Virus record (IMG/VR): IMGVR_UViG_3300042349_000541
Span: 94,773-158,772 of that record
Length of the DNA stretch: 64,000 nt
Direction: 5' to 3' (one strand)
Origin: a virus
Taxonomy: Duplodnaviria; Heunggongvirae; Uroviricota; Caudoviricetes
Part shown: positions 1-9,256 of the stretch, piece after piece
Position numbering within the stretch: the first letter of the stretch is position 1
Layout: each line of letters starts with the position of its first letter
Program-made: the position numbers and the translations under genes
The notes under the pieces: generated by a model
Database searches by the model: none
What the model saw: the letters and a program-made list of their open reading frames with translations, nothing else
Told to the model about the DNA's origin: nothing

Positions 1-117
1 GATATCTATAAACAGTCGGAGTCTTTAAAGCTTTCATGTTCTATAAATTCAGTTTACATAAATGAAGTCCCAAGATCAACAGAAGCAGCTATTGTAATTT
101 TCTTACAAGACAACTGC

Positions 118-654
118 ATGATTCCCGGAAACTATATCTCTCGGGTACTATCTTTAAAAACACTGCATCCAGAAGCATCCGGCTTTTTCTCAGATGTAAA
201 TGCCCGTATTACTAGGTGCAGCCGTGAGGTTTCCGAATTTTATGAATACTTCTACAGAAAGATTAATTTTGATTCGAATACTCTATCTTATAAATGTAAA
301 ACAGTAGAAGAATTAAGAAGTCTTCATGGTTTAGTTATTGATGGCAGGACGTATAATGCAGTTGGTGGTTACACGCCGTATAAAATTAAAAGCAAGTCCT
401 GCTATTATAATCATGCATTTTTCAGTTCTTTATTAAGTTATTCAAGTCTTATATATAGCTCAAGTCTTAAAACTGTAGTTAATATAAATAACTCATCGGA
501 TTCTGACCTAGCTTATGAAAGTGCCGGTATAGAATTTGCACAAAAGAATTTAAACCAAGAAGTATTCGAATATACTTATCCTAATATATACAACAATGTA
601 TATTTTCAGCACGGAATATTTACAGTAAAAACAAAAGGTGCTTTTATTCAATGA
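118..654 (+). CDS. hypothetical protein
   Basis: ORF-track ORF packed head to tail with downstream genes; no recognisable motif. Confidence 0.35.
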   Translation: MIPGNYISRVLSLKTLHPEASGFFSDVNARITRCSREVSEFYEYFYRKINFDSNTLSYKCKTVEELRSLHGLVIDGRTYNAVGGYTPYKIKSKSCYYNHAFFSSLLSYSSLIYSSSLKTVVNINNSSDSDLAYESAGIEFAQKNLNQEVFEYTYPNIYNNVYFQHGIFTVKTKGAFIQ

Positions 655-1565
655 TATCAATAAAAAGCCCGACAGCATTTTCTGTTCATAGATATGGCTG
701 GCATTACGCCATGAGCTTCTTAAAGGATTTTCATAGCCAGAACGGTATACTGCTAGACGACTTTATAGAAAAAACTCACTCTTGGAATGTTGATTTTTCC
801 ACTCCATATAAACGGCCTTGGGTTGGATTTTTGCACAATCCTCACAATATGCCAAGATGGTTTGATTACCAGCATTCACCGCAATCTATTCTAGAGAGTG
901 CCCGTTTTCAAGAATCTCTGAGGTTCTGCCGGGGTTTGATCGTGCTGTCGGATTATCTCGCAGATTGGCTCAGGCAGAAGGTTACAGTGCCTGTTATTTC
1001 ATTGAAGCATCCGACTGGGCCTGCCAATCTTCTATGGAACTATAGAAAGTATAAAAATAAACCTAAGATAGTACAGCTTGGATATTGGTTACGTAAGCTA
1101 TCACAAATATATTTACTTAAAACAGATATTGATAAATACTGGTTGCCGTCAAATCAAAATTACTCAAAATATTTGCTAGACATAGAAACCAGAGTAAACA
1201 ATATAGAAATAAAAAATAAGGATAGTGTCATTATTCCAGAACATTTGTCTAACTTGGATTACGATGAAATGCTTTCGGGCTGTGTAGCAGTTATGAATTT
1301 ATACGATAGCTCTGCCAACAACGCACTTATAGAGTGTATTATTAGAAATACCCCTGTTATAATTAATAGACATCCTGCTGCAATAGAATATCTTGGAAAT
1401 AACTATCCTCTTTATTGCGATTTCTCAGAATTTTCAGCAGAAAAACTTCTCTGTCCGGCTAAAATACTTGAAACTAATGAATATCTTGCGGGCCTAAACA
1501 AAGATTATCTCAAAGGCTCCTATTTCGCAAAAACATTTTATGAAAATATTAGACCTATTCTATAA
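651..1565 (+). CDS. putative glycosyltransferase (GT-B-like C-terminal domain)
   Basis: 4-nt overlap with upstream ORF; C-terminal region weakly resembles GT-B nucleotide-sugar binding fold; sits in a glycosyltransferase cluster. Confidence 0.35.
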   Translation: MISIKSPTAFSVHRYGWHYAMSFLKDFHSQNGILLDDFIEKTHSWNVDFSTPYKRPWVGFLHNPHNMPRWFDYQHSPQSILESARFQESLRFCRGLIVLSDYLADWLRQKVTVPVISLKHPTGPANLLWNYRKYKNKPKIVQLGYWLRKLSQIYLLKTDIDKYWLPSNQNYSKYLLDIETRVNNIEIKNKDSVIIPEHLSNLDYDEMLSGCVAVMNLYDSSANNALIECIIRNTPVIINRHPAAIEYLGNNYPLYCDFSEFSAEKLLCPAKILETNEYLAGLNKDYLKGSYFAKTFYENIRPIL

Positions 1566-2112
1566 AAAAAAGAGCATATATTTAACACTTCTAGACGGTA
1601 AAAAAGTAGATATACTTAACTTATCACCTAGCGATATACATATTGTAGACATAACAATGTCTCTTTCTAAAATATGTAGATTTAACGGGCACTGTAATTA
1701 TTTTTATTCAGTTGCTGAACATTCTATGCTATGTTATTACATGGCTTTGGGCGATGGAATCACCGATAAAGAAGCTCTAAAAGCTATATTTGCACATGAT
1801 TTTAGCGAAGCTTATTGTGGAGATATAATCACTCCTATAAAAGCTTATTTAGGAAAAAAGTTTAGCAATATAGAACAAAAAATAACTAATGCCATATCTT
1901 TAAAATATAATATAAACTTTGATAAATATAAAGATATTGTAAAATATTACGATAAAAAATCTTTAGATGGTGAAATAAATTATTACAAAGATCCTAAAAA
2001 AATTACTTACGACGGCTTAGTTTCAGCAAATCTTGAAGCTGAAGAATTTTTTAACATATTTATAAGGCTTTTCGAAGATGAAAAACATACATATAACTTG
2101 CCCGGTCAATAA
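1540..2112 (+). CDS. HD-domain 5'-deoxynucleotidase (YfbR-like)
   Basis: SVAEHS ... FAHDFSEAYCGDIITP matches the YfbR-type HD phosphohydrolase motifs. Confidence 0.65.
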   Translation: MKILDLFYKKKSIYLTLLDGKKVDILNLSPSDIHIVDITMSLSKICRFNGHCNYFYSVAEHSMLCYYMALGDGITDKEALKAIFAHDFSEAYCGDIITPIKAYLGKKFSNIEQKITNAISLKYNINFDKYKDIVKYYDKKSLDGEINYYKDPKKITYDGLVSANLEAEEFFNIFIRLFEDEKHTYNLPGQ

Positions 2113-3166
2113 ACTTAGCTATGGCTATACATCATACTATCTTATAAAAGAGCTTTTAAAGCTTAAGAATAATATCTTTTTTTATAATATAGGCCCCGTA
2201 GATAATGATTTAGCAAAAGACGTAGTCAGTATACATTTTTTAAATAAACATGTTGACATATTTGCAAAACATCAACCTTACGACACCGTATCATTAAAAA
2301 TATGGCACCAGAATGAAGTTCATGGAATGCCTGTTCGTGGTCATCACTACGGCTTCCCAATATTCGAACTAGATAAATTTAATGAAATAGAAAAAGCAAG
2401 CCTTAAGCTTTGCGACGAACTTATAACATGCTCTAAATGGGGAGCTAAAGTAATAAAAGAACAGACAGGAAAAGATTGCCATGTAGTTCCGTTAGGAATA
2501 GATGATGAAATTTTTAAACCATGCGGGCCATCTACGCTTAAAAATACTATATTTTTTAATTGCGGCAAATGGGAAATAAGAAAAGGTCACGACATATTAA
2601 TAGAATGTTTTAATAAAGCATTTAATGAAAGCGATAACGTAGAATTATGGTTAATGTGTGACAATATATTTTTACAAGACGGCGGCAAAAGCTGGATTGA
2701 TTTATGCAAAAAATCAAAATTATCTTCAAAAATTAGGCTTATACCTAGACAAAACGATCATGCTGATGTATACAGAATTATGTCTAAGACCGATGTTGGT
2801 GTATTCCCGTCTCATGCCGAAGGTTGGAATCTAGAATTACTAGAACTTATGGCAATAGGCAAGCACGTTATAGCGACTGATTATTCCGCACATACAGAAT
2901 ATTGCACCAGTGAAAATTCTTCACTACTAAATATAGACTCTTTGGAGTCTGCATACGACGGAATATGGTTTCATAATAACGGAAGGTGGGCAGAAATTAA
3001 AGACGAAACAAAAGATCAAATGATTTCATATATGCGAATGCACCACAAGAATAAACAGGACGGACTTTTGGGTATAAATAGTAAGGGTATAGAAACAGGA
3101 AAACAGTATACTTGGGCTAATTCCGCCAAAATTCTTTCTGATTTATTGAACAATGACGATATTTAA
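2078..3166 (+). CDS. glycosyltransferase, GT4-like (GT-B fold)
   Basis: VGVFPSHAEGWNLELLELMAIGKHVIATD is the EX7E motif of retaining GT-B glycosyltransferases. Confidence 0.65.
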   Translation: MKNIHITCPVNKLSYGYTSYYLIKELLKLKNNIFFYNIGPVDNDLAKDVVSIHFLNKHVDIFAKHQPYDTVSLKIWHQNEVHGMPVRGHHYGFPIFELDKFNEIEKASLKLCDELITCSKWGAKVIKEQTGKDCHVVPLGIDDEIFKPCGPSTLKNTIFFNCGKWEIRKGHDILIECFNKAFNESDNVELWLMCDNIFLQDGGKSWIDLCKKSKLSSKIRLIPRQNDHADVYRIMSKTDVGVFPSHAEGWNLELLELMAIGKHVIATDYSAHTEYCTSENSSLLNIDSLESAYDGIWFHNNGRWAEIKDETKDQMISYMRMHHKNKQDGLLGINSKGIETGKQYTWANSAKILSDLLNNDDI

Positions 3167-4085
3167 CACGACAAAAGAGCTTATCAAAGCTTACGAAAAT
3201 GGATACAACGCAACCATCTTTGATAATAAAGAGAATGATGATGTATTGCAACATTTAAAGTATCCAATTTTTGGCGATGCTGCACAAAACATAAAAGGTA
3301 GCGGTTTAGGTAAAATAGCTTTACCTTATAAATTAGTTAGAAAATACGATAAAAATTTTGCATCTGATGAAAACCAGCTTACAGGTGATTGTAGTTCGCA
3401 CGGATGCAGAAACGCAACCACAATTTCTCTAGTTTCCGACATAGAAGAACGTTTAGAGGCTGAGGGATATGCAGGAAGATTAGCCACAGAAGTAATATAT
3501 GGCTATCGAGGACACGGCGGACAAGGAATGTCCGTTGCTCGGGCGGTAAATTTTCTTTCAGAAATAGGCGGAATAGCATTACGTCGCAAATACGGAAAAT
3601 ATGATCTGTCCAAATACAATCCTCAAATTGGTATAAATTGGGGCAGAACCGGCGTTCCTAAATCAGTTATATCAGAAATAAATACAAACAAAGTTCTGAC
3701 TGTTTCTTTATCCAGAGCAGTAGATGAGTTACGTGATGCTATTTATAACGGATATGGGGTTGTAGTAGGAAGCAATGTTGGTTTTTCATCTAAACGCGAT
3801 AAAAACGGTATATCTAATCCTAAAGGTAGTTGGAATCATGCCATGTGCTTCGGCGGCATGGACGACACTAAAACCAGAAGTTCCGAAACGCTATTTTTAA
3901 TACTAAATTCTTGGGCCGACTGGAATTCAGGCCCGAAAGCATATGATCAGCCCGATGGAAGCTTTTGGATTACAGCAACTGTTGCCGATAAAATGATTAG
4001 ACAGCGACAAACTTGGGTTATAGGAAATGTTAATGGTTTTCCCGCTAAATCTGTAAACTGGGGATTATTTGATGATATATTATAA
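3153..4085 (+). CDS. papain-family (C1) cysteine peptidase
   Basis: QLTGDCSSHGC (cf. QGxCGSCW), WNHAMCFGG (cf. catalytic His), LILNSWADWNSG (cf. NSWGxxWG with catalytic Asn). Confidence 0.6.
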   Translation: MTIFNTTKELIKAYENGYNATIFDNKENDDVLQHLKYPIFGDAAQNIKGSGLGKIALPYKLVRKYDKNFASDENQLTGDCSSHGCRNATTISLVSDIEERLEAEGYAGRLATEVIYGYRGHGGQGMSVARAVNFLSEIGGIALRRKYGKYDLSKYNPQIGINWGRTGVPKSVISEINTNKVLTVSLSRAVDELRDAIYNGYGVVVGSNVGFSSKRDKNGISNPKGSWNHAMCFGGMDDTKTRSSETLFLILNSWADWNSGPKAYDQPDGSFWITATVADKMIRQRQTWVIGNVNGFPAKSVNWGLFDDIL

Positions 4086-4611
4086 ATACCTACTGATATT
4101 CACACTGATATTTTTACCTTCCATATCTCTTGGAGAAGAGTCTATTTCTGTAAAAAAAAGGCGTGTAGAAATAAAAAATGTTATACAGAAACATATAGAT
4201 AAAATCATGGTTTCTGAAACTGAAAAAGAAAAAGATGAAGAAACTGTTGCTCCTGATAATTCGGGAGTATGTAAAAAATGCAAGGGATTGAAGTACATAG
4301 TTCAGGGAGACGGCCACAAAACACCTTGCCCGCTTTGTACTAATTTAGGCGATCAGATTATAGAAGAAAAAAAAGCAACTATTTATTTTTATTCTTCGGA
4401 CAATTGTGATTTGTGTGAAAAATGGAAAGCCGAAGAATTGCCGGGCCTTTTAAATTATAATGTAGTCGAAATAAACGAAACTACATCCGTCAGGAAAAAG
4501 TTTGGTAAATACCCAGCTTATGAATTAAAGATCGGTAATTATACTGTTCAATATATAGGTTATTTAAACAAAAAGGTAGTTGGAGATATTTATGACAAGT
4601 ACAAAAAATGA
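4069..4611 (+). CDS. secreted Cys-rich protein with CxxC pairs (thioredoxin-like / zinc ribbon)
   Basis: N-terminal hydrophobic signal-like segment; CKKCKG...CPLC and DNCDLCEKW motifs. Confidence 0.35.
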   Translation: MMIYYKYLLIFTLIFLPSISLGEESISVKKRRVEIKNVIQKHIDKIMVSETEKEKDEETVAPDNSGVCKKCKGLKYIVQGDGHKTPCPLCTNLGDQIIEEKKATIYFYSSDNCDLCEKWKAEELPGLLNYNVVEINETTSVRKKFGKYPAYELKIGNYTVQYIGYLNKKVVGDIYDKYKK

Positions 4612-4933
4612 TACGCTTCAAGATTTAGCAGTATCTATCGGGGCTTCTTATTCGTCAGGTAAGGATCTTCCTACGTTAGACCCACTGATCATATTAACAG
4701 TCGGAAAAATAATTTTCGATGTAATAATCATGATTAAAAAGTGTTATGACACTAGAAATACCGCTACTTTATCAGAAAGATTAAAATATGTCGGCCCGGT
4801 ACAAAAATCTATTTTATGGCTTGTTGTTAAACGCCATACAGCAAGAACACATTTAGATTCAAGATTATTAATGAATCTAATTTTATCTCAGTCTTTAACA
4901 GAAGAACAATTAATTAATCTATTAGGAGATTAA
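4592..4933 (+). CDS. hypothetical protein
   Basis: ATG 4592 preceded by GGAGA at 5-nt spacing; track ORF 4580..4933 trimmed to this start. Confidence 0.3.
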   Translation: MTSTKNDTLQDLAVSIGASYSSGKDLPTLDPLIILTVGKIIFDVIIMIKKCYDTRNTATLSERLKYVGPVQKSILWLVVKRHTARTHLDSRLLMNLILSQSLTEEQLINLLGD

Positions 4934-4934
4934 A

Positions 4935-5117
4935 ATGTTAGAAAAAGCAAATTTAATTACATCAAAAAGATTATGGATAGGCATTCTTACTGCCGTAATT
5001 CCTATTTTAGCAAAAGAATTTTTCCAATTAGAATTAACACCTACTCAAATTGATAATATAACCAATGTAGGGCTGTTCTTAATAGGTGCATATACAGTCA
5101 AAGATCACTTAAAGTAA
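4935..5117 (+). CDS. small membrane protein (2 predicted TM segments)
   Basis: two hydrophobic stretches (IGILTAVIPILA, VGLFLIGAYTV); holin-like topology but unproven. Confidence 0.3.
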   Translation: MLEKANLITSKRLWIGILTAVIPILAKEFFQLELTPTQIDNITNVGLFLIGAYTVKDHLK

Positions 5118-5123
5118 ACTAAA

Positions 5124-5393
5124 ATGAGTACAGCACAAATTATATCATTAATAGCGGCAGTAGTTTTAGGGTTCCAATATGTTAAACCATATTTGGTAAA
5201 AGCTACTGCTGCCATAAAAAAGGATGAACCGCTTGTAACCGCAGAAAAAGATTTTGAGCCAACAATGTCGGACGTTGTAGATTCTTGGAGCAAATTAAAG
5301 TCTAACTGCGAAACACTCGGGTTAACCGATGCTTCTGATGCATTAGATTCAGTTTTCCCACTTTTTGTTAAAAAGAAATCGAATGGATTATAA
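5124..5393 (+). CDS. small membrane-anchored protein
   Basis: N-terminal TM (IISLIAAVVLGF); tight packing. Confidence 0.3.
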   Translation: MSTAQIISLIAAVVLGFQYVKPYLVKATAAIKKDEPLVTAEKDFEPTMSDVVDSWSKLKSNCETLGLTDASDALDSVFPLFVKKKSNGL

Positions 5394-5838
5394 GCCAGTA
5401 TTAATTATTCTTCTATTGCTTTTTTCCGCATTCGGAGACAAAATAGACTTGACAAACTTGCAGTTTCTTGCTATAATGCAGAAGGTGGAAGTAGTTAAGC
5501 CGTCAGAAGAATTTATTACATTTTCTAATTCTGTTGTTGGCGATATAAAAGGGCAGGACAGAATAGAATTGGCGTTATATTGTGATTCTTTAAGCGAAAA
5601 GCTATTAGAATTAAAAGATAAAAAACCTAAAATGTCTCAAATTGTAGATATATTTAGCGGGTCTTTTAAAGAATTATACGAAAACAAGTACAACGATAAA
5701 TACAAAGATTTTTCAGACAGCCTTATTTCCATACTAAAAATTTACACGGAAGATAAAGACCGTTTTATTTCTTCGGAAGAAATTCAGCAAATGTCTTTAT
5801 ATTATAAGGGTCTGGCATGGAATATTTTAACACAATAA
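5365..5838 (+). CDS. secreted hypothetical protein
   Basis: signal-peptide-like N-terminus (PVLIILLLLFSAFG); contains an intragenic consensus promoter. Confidence 0.35.
   Translation: MLKRNRMDYKPVLIILLLLFSAFGDKIDLTNLQFLAIMQKVEVVKPSEEFITFSNSVVGDIKGQDRIELALYCDSLSEKLLELKDKKPKMSQIVDIFSGSFKELYENKYNDKYKDFSDSLISILKIYTEDKDRFISSEEIQQMSLYYKGLAWNILTQ
5449..5477 (+). promoter_or_regulatory. sigma-70 consensus promoter (TTGACA-17-TATAAT, TGc extended -10), intragenic
   Basis: perfect -35 and -10 hexamers with 17-nt spacer inside ORF 5365..5838. Confidence 0.45.
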
Positions 5839-6209
5839 GTTGGCTTGTAATAGCAAAAGATAGATCTAAAAGTATATACGAACAAAATTTATTGCTTTTA
5901 GATGACAAACTTAGCATTCCCTCTATTCCGCTTCTATACGGAGAATCTATAGAATCTAAGTTTTTTGAGTTATCCGAAAAAACAATAAAATATTCTAATG
6001 GATGGATACAAAAAAATCTTATAGATATTAACTCTGTAAATCAAGAAGGAGTTATTTGTGATTTTTTGTACTCTTCTGTGTTATTATTTATGCCTAACCT
6101 AAACAAAATAGGAACTTTTTACTCTCTAAAAGAAATAGAAGAAAGAAACATTATATTAAATGGACGAATCAGAAATTGTATCACAAGAGAATCCTCAAGA
6201 CCGTTTTGA
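5817..6209 (+). CDS. hypothetical protein
   Basis: ORF-track ORF, same-strand packing. Confidence 0.3.
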   Translation: MEYFNTISWLVIAKDRSKSIYEQNLLLLDDKLSIPSIPLLYGESIESKFFELSEKTIKYSNGWIQKNLIDINSVNQEGVICDFLYSSVLLFMPNLNKIGTFYSLKEIEERNIILNGRIRNCITRESSRPF

Positions 6210-6213
6210 AAAC

Positions 6214-6474
6214 ATGTCTTGCATGTTAAGCTTTCAGCTAAGTCAAGACAGTGATTTATGCTTTGACGTTTTATGGAACGAAGACGAGGATTTGAAAAAG
6301 CTTGCGATTTTAATACATACTATTAAAAATAGTGATTTAATCGAAAAGCAAATAGCAGGTATGGACACAGATAGCCCTGAATCTGTACAATTATTACTGA
6401 CTTATCTTAAGCAGTTATCTAAAAATAACACAGTCATGAAGCCAGATCAGGTGCTAAATTATGAAGAATCATAA
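6214..6474 (+). CDS. hypothetical acidic protein
   Basis: track ORF 6160..6474 trimmed to ATG 6214 just after upstream stop. Confidence 0.3.
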   Translation: MSCMLSFQLSQDSDLCFDVLWNEDEDLKKLAILIHTIKNSDLIEKQIAGMDTDSPESVQLLLTYLKQLSKNNTVMKPDQVLNYEES

Positions 6475-6910
6475 AAAAATAACTTGGGAATATTGGAATG
6501 AAAAAGAGAAAGAATTTTTAGATTCTGAGAATAAAGACAAGAACAAGGAAAATAACGATTTTCTCCAATCGGAAAAAAACGATCTAATTCCCACTATTCC
6601 TTTTAACGAGAACCCGCTTATGCTGGGGCCTTTTGGGGCCGTAGAGAAAAAATCTATTTTCAAACCTACCGATAGATGGGAATGCTGGATAGCTAACACG
6701 AATTTTAAAATTACAGAAGATTTTTATAATTTTCTGAATGAAAAAGTTGATGGAATATCTGCTTTTAAGATACTGGACCCCTACTCTTTTGCTATAGGCG
6801 TAGCAAAATTATTTGAGTTTAAAGACGTTGCAATACAAATTAAGGATTTTTTAGAGGAAACTAATGGAACAATTACACCTGATGAGCCTGACGGAACTTT
6901 TACAGAATAG
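6461..6910 (+). CDS. hypothetical protein
   Basis: ORF-track ORF, overlaps upstream stop by 14 nt. Confidence 0.3.
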   Translation: MKNHKKITWEYWNEKEKEFLDSENKDKNKENNDFLQSEKNDLIPTIPFNENPLMLGPFGAVEKKSIFKPTDRWECWIANTNFKITEDFYNFLNEKVDGISAFKILDPYSFAIGVAKLFEFKDVAIQIKDFLEETNGTITPDEPDGTFTE

Positions 6911-7385
6911 CGATGTGGTTAACATAGCATTATCTTCCTTCAATAAACACGGCAAACTTATTTATAGTATAGATAGGTCTCCATATTTGAAGAAGCAGTT
7001 AATAGAAGAAGGTATATGGCTAGCACATAAACATTACAAAGACAATCTAAAATCGTCCTTTTTAACTTATGTCTACCTAAGAGTTCGTTTTGTATGCCTC
7101 ACTTTCATAAGAGATCATGCAAGAAGACATAAAAATACCGTACATTTATCTACAATAACTCGCGATAACGATAAATTAGATATATCCTGCTATAGAAACA
7201 ATGACATTGAAATTATAGATATTCTAGATTCTTTAAAGCCCGTAGAAAGAGATTTAGTTACAAAGGTTTACATTGAAAATGTTAGTATCCAAGATATCGC
7301 CAAGCAAAAAAACGTAAAAGAACTTACAATTTTAACTCAATTGAATAAAATTATAAAGCAGCTTAAGATGAGTATAAATAGTTAG
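6864..7385 (+). CDS. sigma-70 family RNA polymerase sigma factor (small, ECF/late-type)
   Basis: region-2-like LIEEGIWLAHKHYKD..FLTYVYLRVRFVCLTFIRDHARR and region-4 HTH ENVSIQDIAKQKNVKELTILTQLNKIIKQLK. Confidence 0.5.
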   Translation: MEQLHLMSLTELLQNSDVVNIALSSFNKHGKLIYSIDRSPYLKKQLIEEGIWLAHKHYKDNLKSSFLTYVYLRVRFVCLTFIRDHARRHKNTVHLSTITRDNDKLDISCYRNNDIEIIDILDSLKPVERDLVTKVYIENVSIQDIAKQKNVKELTILTQLNKIIKQLKMSINS

Positions 7386-7448
7386 GAAAAAAGGATTCTT
7401 GCTTAGGACAATAAGATTGCAGAATATTATATTCTACAAGGTAAAAAA

Positions 7449-8132
7449 ATGGCCGTTACAACAAAATTTGGTGCTGTAAAAGGAACTAGGGGTGCTTCTA
7501 ACCCTGTTCAAACCATTAGTGGGGTTATTATGAATAACTCTACTACTGGCGGTGGAGGTATTACTACCTCTTTTTCAATATTAGAAGCTATTGCTTTAAA
7601 TGTTAATTTTACTAGCGGTGTTCGAGAAAGAGATTCTGGAAGTTCTATTACTAGAGCCAGAAAAATTCTTTCCTCGGGTGTTTTTGCATACAATGCTGCC
7701 GCTGCTGGAACTTATGTAATTTCCAGAATTGCTACCACTCTTGCCGGTGTCTCAACTAACGTTATGTTATTTATGGCACAAGCAAATAAAGTCAAATCTA
7801 TTCATGAGTTTAATCATGACTTTGGCGTTAGAATGCTTCAAGCTTGGGTTAATGGTAGATTTTCTTGGACTGGCAAGTTAGCAAACGGTAACTCTAAAGC
7901 TTCAAGAATTATGTGGTTAAATGCTGCTGGAACCGCAGTTGCTGCTCCTTCTCCTTTAAATACTTTCTTCATGAGAGATTTAAGAGACGGAAACGCTACT
8001 GACAAAGCTGTTGATGATGCAGCTACCCCAACCAGAGCATTGCCCGGAGAACTATTCTTCCAAGTTGACTTTGTTAACAAGTCTCTAAGTGGCGGAAGCT
8101 TCTTCGATTACAAACCTATCACTGGTATGTAA
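7449..8132 (+). CDS. candidate abundant virion/structural protein (Gly/Ala/Ser/Thr-rich)
   Basis: low-complexity G/A/S/T-rich 227-aa protein, no sigma-70 promoter upstream, strong hairpin terminator immediately downstream, sigma factor gene immediately upstream. Confidence 0.35.
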   Translation: MAVTTKFGAVKGTRGASNPVQTISGVIMNNSTTGGGGITTSFSILEAIALNVNFTSGVRERDSGSSITRARKILSSGVFAYNAAAAGTYVISRIATTLAGVSTNVMLFMAQANKVKSIHEFNHDFGVRMLQAWVNGRFSWTGKLANGNSKASRIMWLNAAGTAVAAPSPLNTFFMRDLRDGNATDKAVDDAATPTRALPGELFFQVDFVNKSLSGGSFFDYKPITGM

Positions 8133-8157
8133 TAGATTTTTCAAATTTTTTAATTAA

Positions 8158-8183
8158 GAGGGGGGCTAAAACCCCCCTCATTT
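8158..8183 (+). terminator. stem-loop terminator candidate
   Basis: GAGGGGGG-CTAAAA-CCCCCCTC 8-bp GC stem followed by ATTT; short U-tract. Confidence 0.5.
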
Positions 8184-8195
8184 GGGGGAGTCATC

Positions 8196-8873
8196 ATGTC
8201 TTGGATTAATAATCAGCCTGTAGATTTTTTCACCAGTGCTTTTATCCATTCAGAAGTTCCTATGGTTGTTTGTGCCAATTCTGGAAAAATTCTTTGGGTG
8301 AATCGTGCCTTTGAAGATTTTATCGGCTATAATAGCTGGGAGCTTACTGTTGGTCAAACAGGTAGCGGAATCACTTGGGAAAAACTATCGTTAAATGATG
8401 AAAACCTAGAAGCAGATCGTGCCATGATTAAACAATGCATTGACGGCGATCTAAAAAGCTATTCTATAAAAAAGCAATATATACCAAAGAACGATAAACC
8501 AGTATGGGTTGATATGCATGTCGTTAGATATCCTCTCGATGGCGAATTAAAATATTTCATGATAACTGTGATGCCGTTAAAAAATGGAACCGCCGCAGCT
8601 TTCAATACTGCTATTTCTGCTATAAAGGAATTTACAGACAAAATGAATGCTTACACCGCCCAAATACCTCAAATGGAAGAAAAAATTATATCCGGGGTTG
8701 AGAGCAAGATTAAAACACAAACTGAAATACAAAACATTTTCTTAAACGTGGCAAAACTCGTTGAAAAGTATCCTAAGGTATCAATCGCTATAATAATGAC
8801 CATATTAGTTATGATACTTGGAAATCAATTAGTTGAAGCTATTAAAAACATGAAAGCAATTATAGGTGGATAA
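8196..8873 (+). CDS. PAS-domain protein with C-terminal membrane anchor
   Basis: PMVVCANSGKILWVNRAFEDFIGYNSWELTVGQ ... DKPVWVDMHVVRYPLDGELKYFMITVMPL is a PAS fold signature; C-terminal hydrophobic VSIAIIMTILVMILG. Confidence 0.5.
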   Translation: MSWINNQPVDFFTSAFIHSEVPMVVCANSGKILWVNRAFEDFIGYNSWELTVGQTGSGITWEKLSLNDENLEADRAMIKQCIDGDLKSYSIKKQYIPKNDKPVWVDMHVVRYPLDGELKYFMITVMPLKNGTAAAFNTAISAIKEFTDKMNAYTAQIPQMEEKIISGVESKIKTQTEIQNIFLNVAKLVEKYPKVSIAIIMTILVMILGNQLVEAIKNMKAIIGG

Positions 8874-9079
8874 TGAACAAAGATAAAGAGTTAAAATTGT
8901 TAGAGGCTGTTACTGCTGCTAGAAACGCTAATAAATCTAAAGGTATTGATTTTGCTTGGGATACTGTTGATATGTCATTGGATTGGGACGATCTTTTGGC
9001 TTTTGTTGAAAAGTATGTAGACAAAGAAGATGAAATAGTATTAATTTCTCCTAATCCGCTTGCTGAGGCTGAACTTTAA
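8873..9079 (+). CDS. hypothetical protein
   Basis: ATGA overlap with upstream gene. Confidence 0.3.
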   Translation: MNKDKELKLLEAVTAARNANKSKGIDFAWDTVDMSLDWDDLLAFVEKYVDKEDEIVLISPNPLAEAEL

Positions 9080-9085
9080 AAGTAA

Positions 9086-9256
9086 ATGGGTATAGTAGAT
9101 AATTTACTCTCTCGGGCACTAGATCAGTTAGGACTCACAAAAGAACAGGTGAGTAAAGTTAAGTCTATTATTGACTTAGTTGATGTGAAAGAATATACTG
9201 ATCATGTTGAAGTTACTATTAATCTTAAAAATATAAAAATTGAAATAAAAAAATAA
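9086..9256 (+). CDS. small hypothetical ORF (56 aa)
   Basis: ATG 9086 to TAA 9254-9256 overlapping nrdJ start (TAATG); below ORF-track size cut-off. Confidence 0.2.
   Translation: MGIVDNLLSRALDQLGLTKEQVSKVKSIIDLVDVKEYTDHVEVTINLKNIKIEIKK

Noticed and set aside
2347-2568. All minus-strand ORFs in the track (for example 2347-2568, 13328-13642, 14574-14870, 17969-18271, 41803-42126, 59981-60328)
   Set aside because: Each is short, lies wholly inside a longer + strand gene with recognisable motifs, and the whole window shows uninterrupted + strand head-to-tail packing with start/stop overlaps. They are treated as antisense shadows, not genes.
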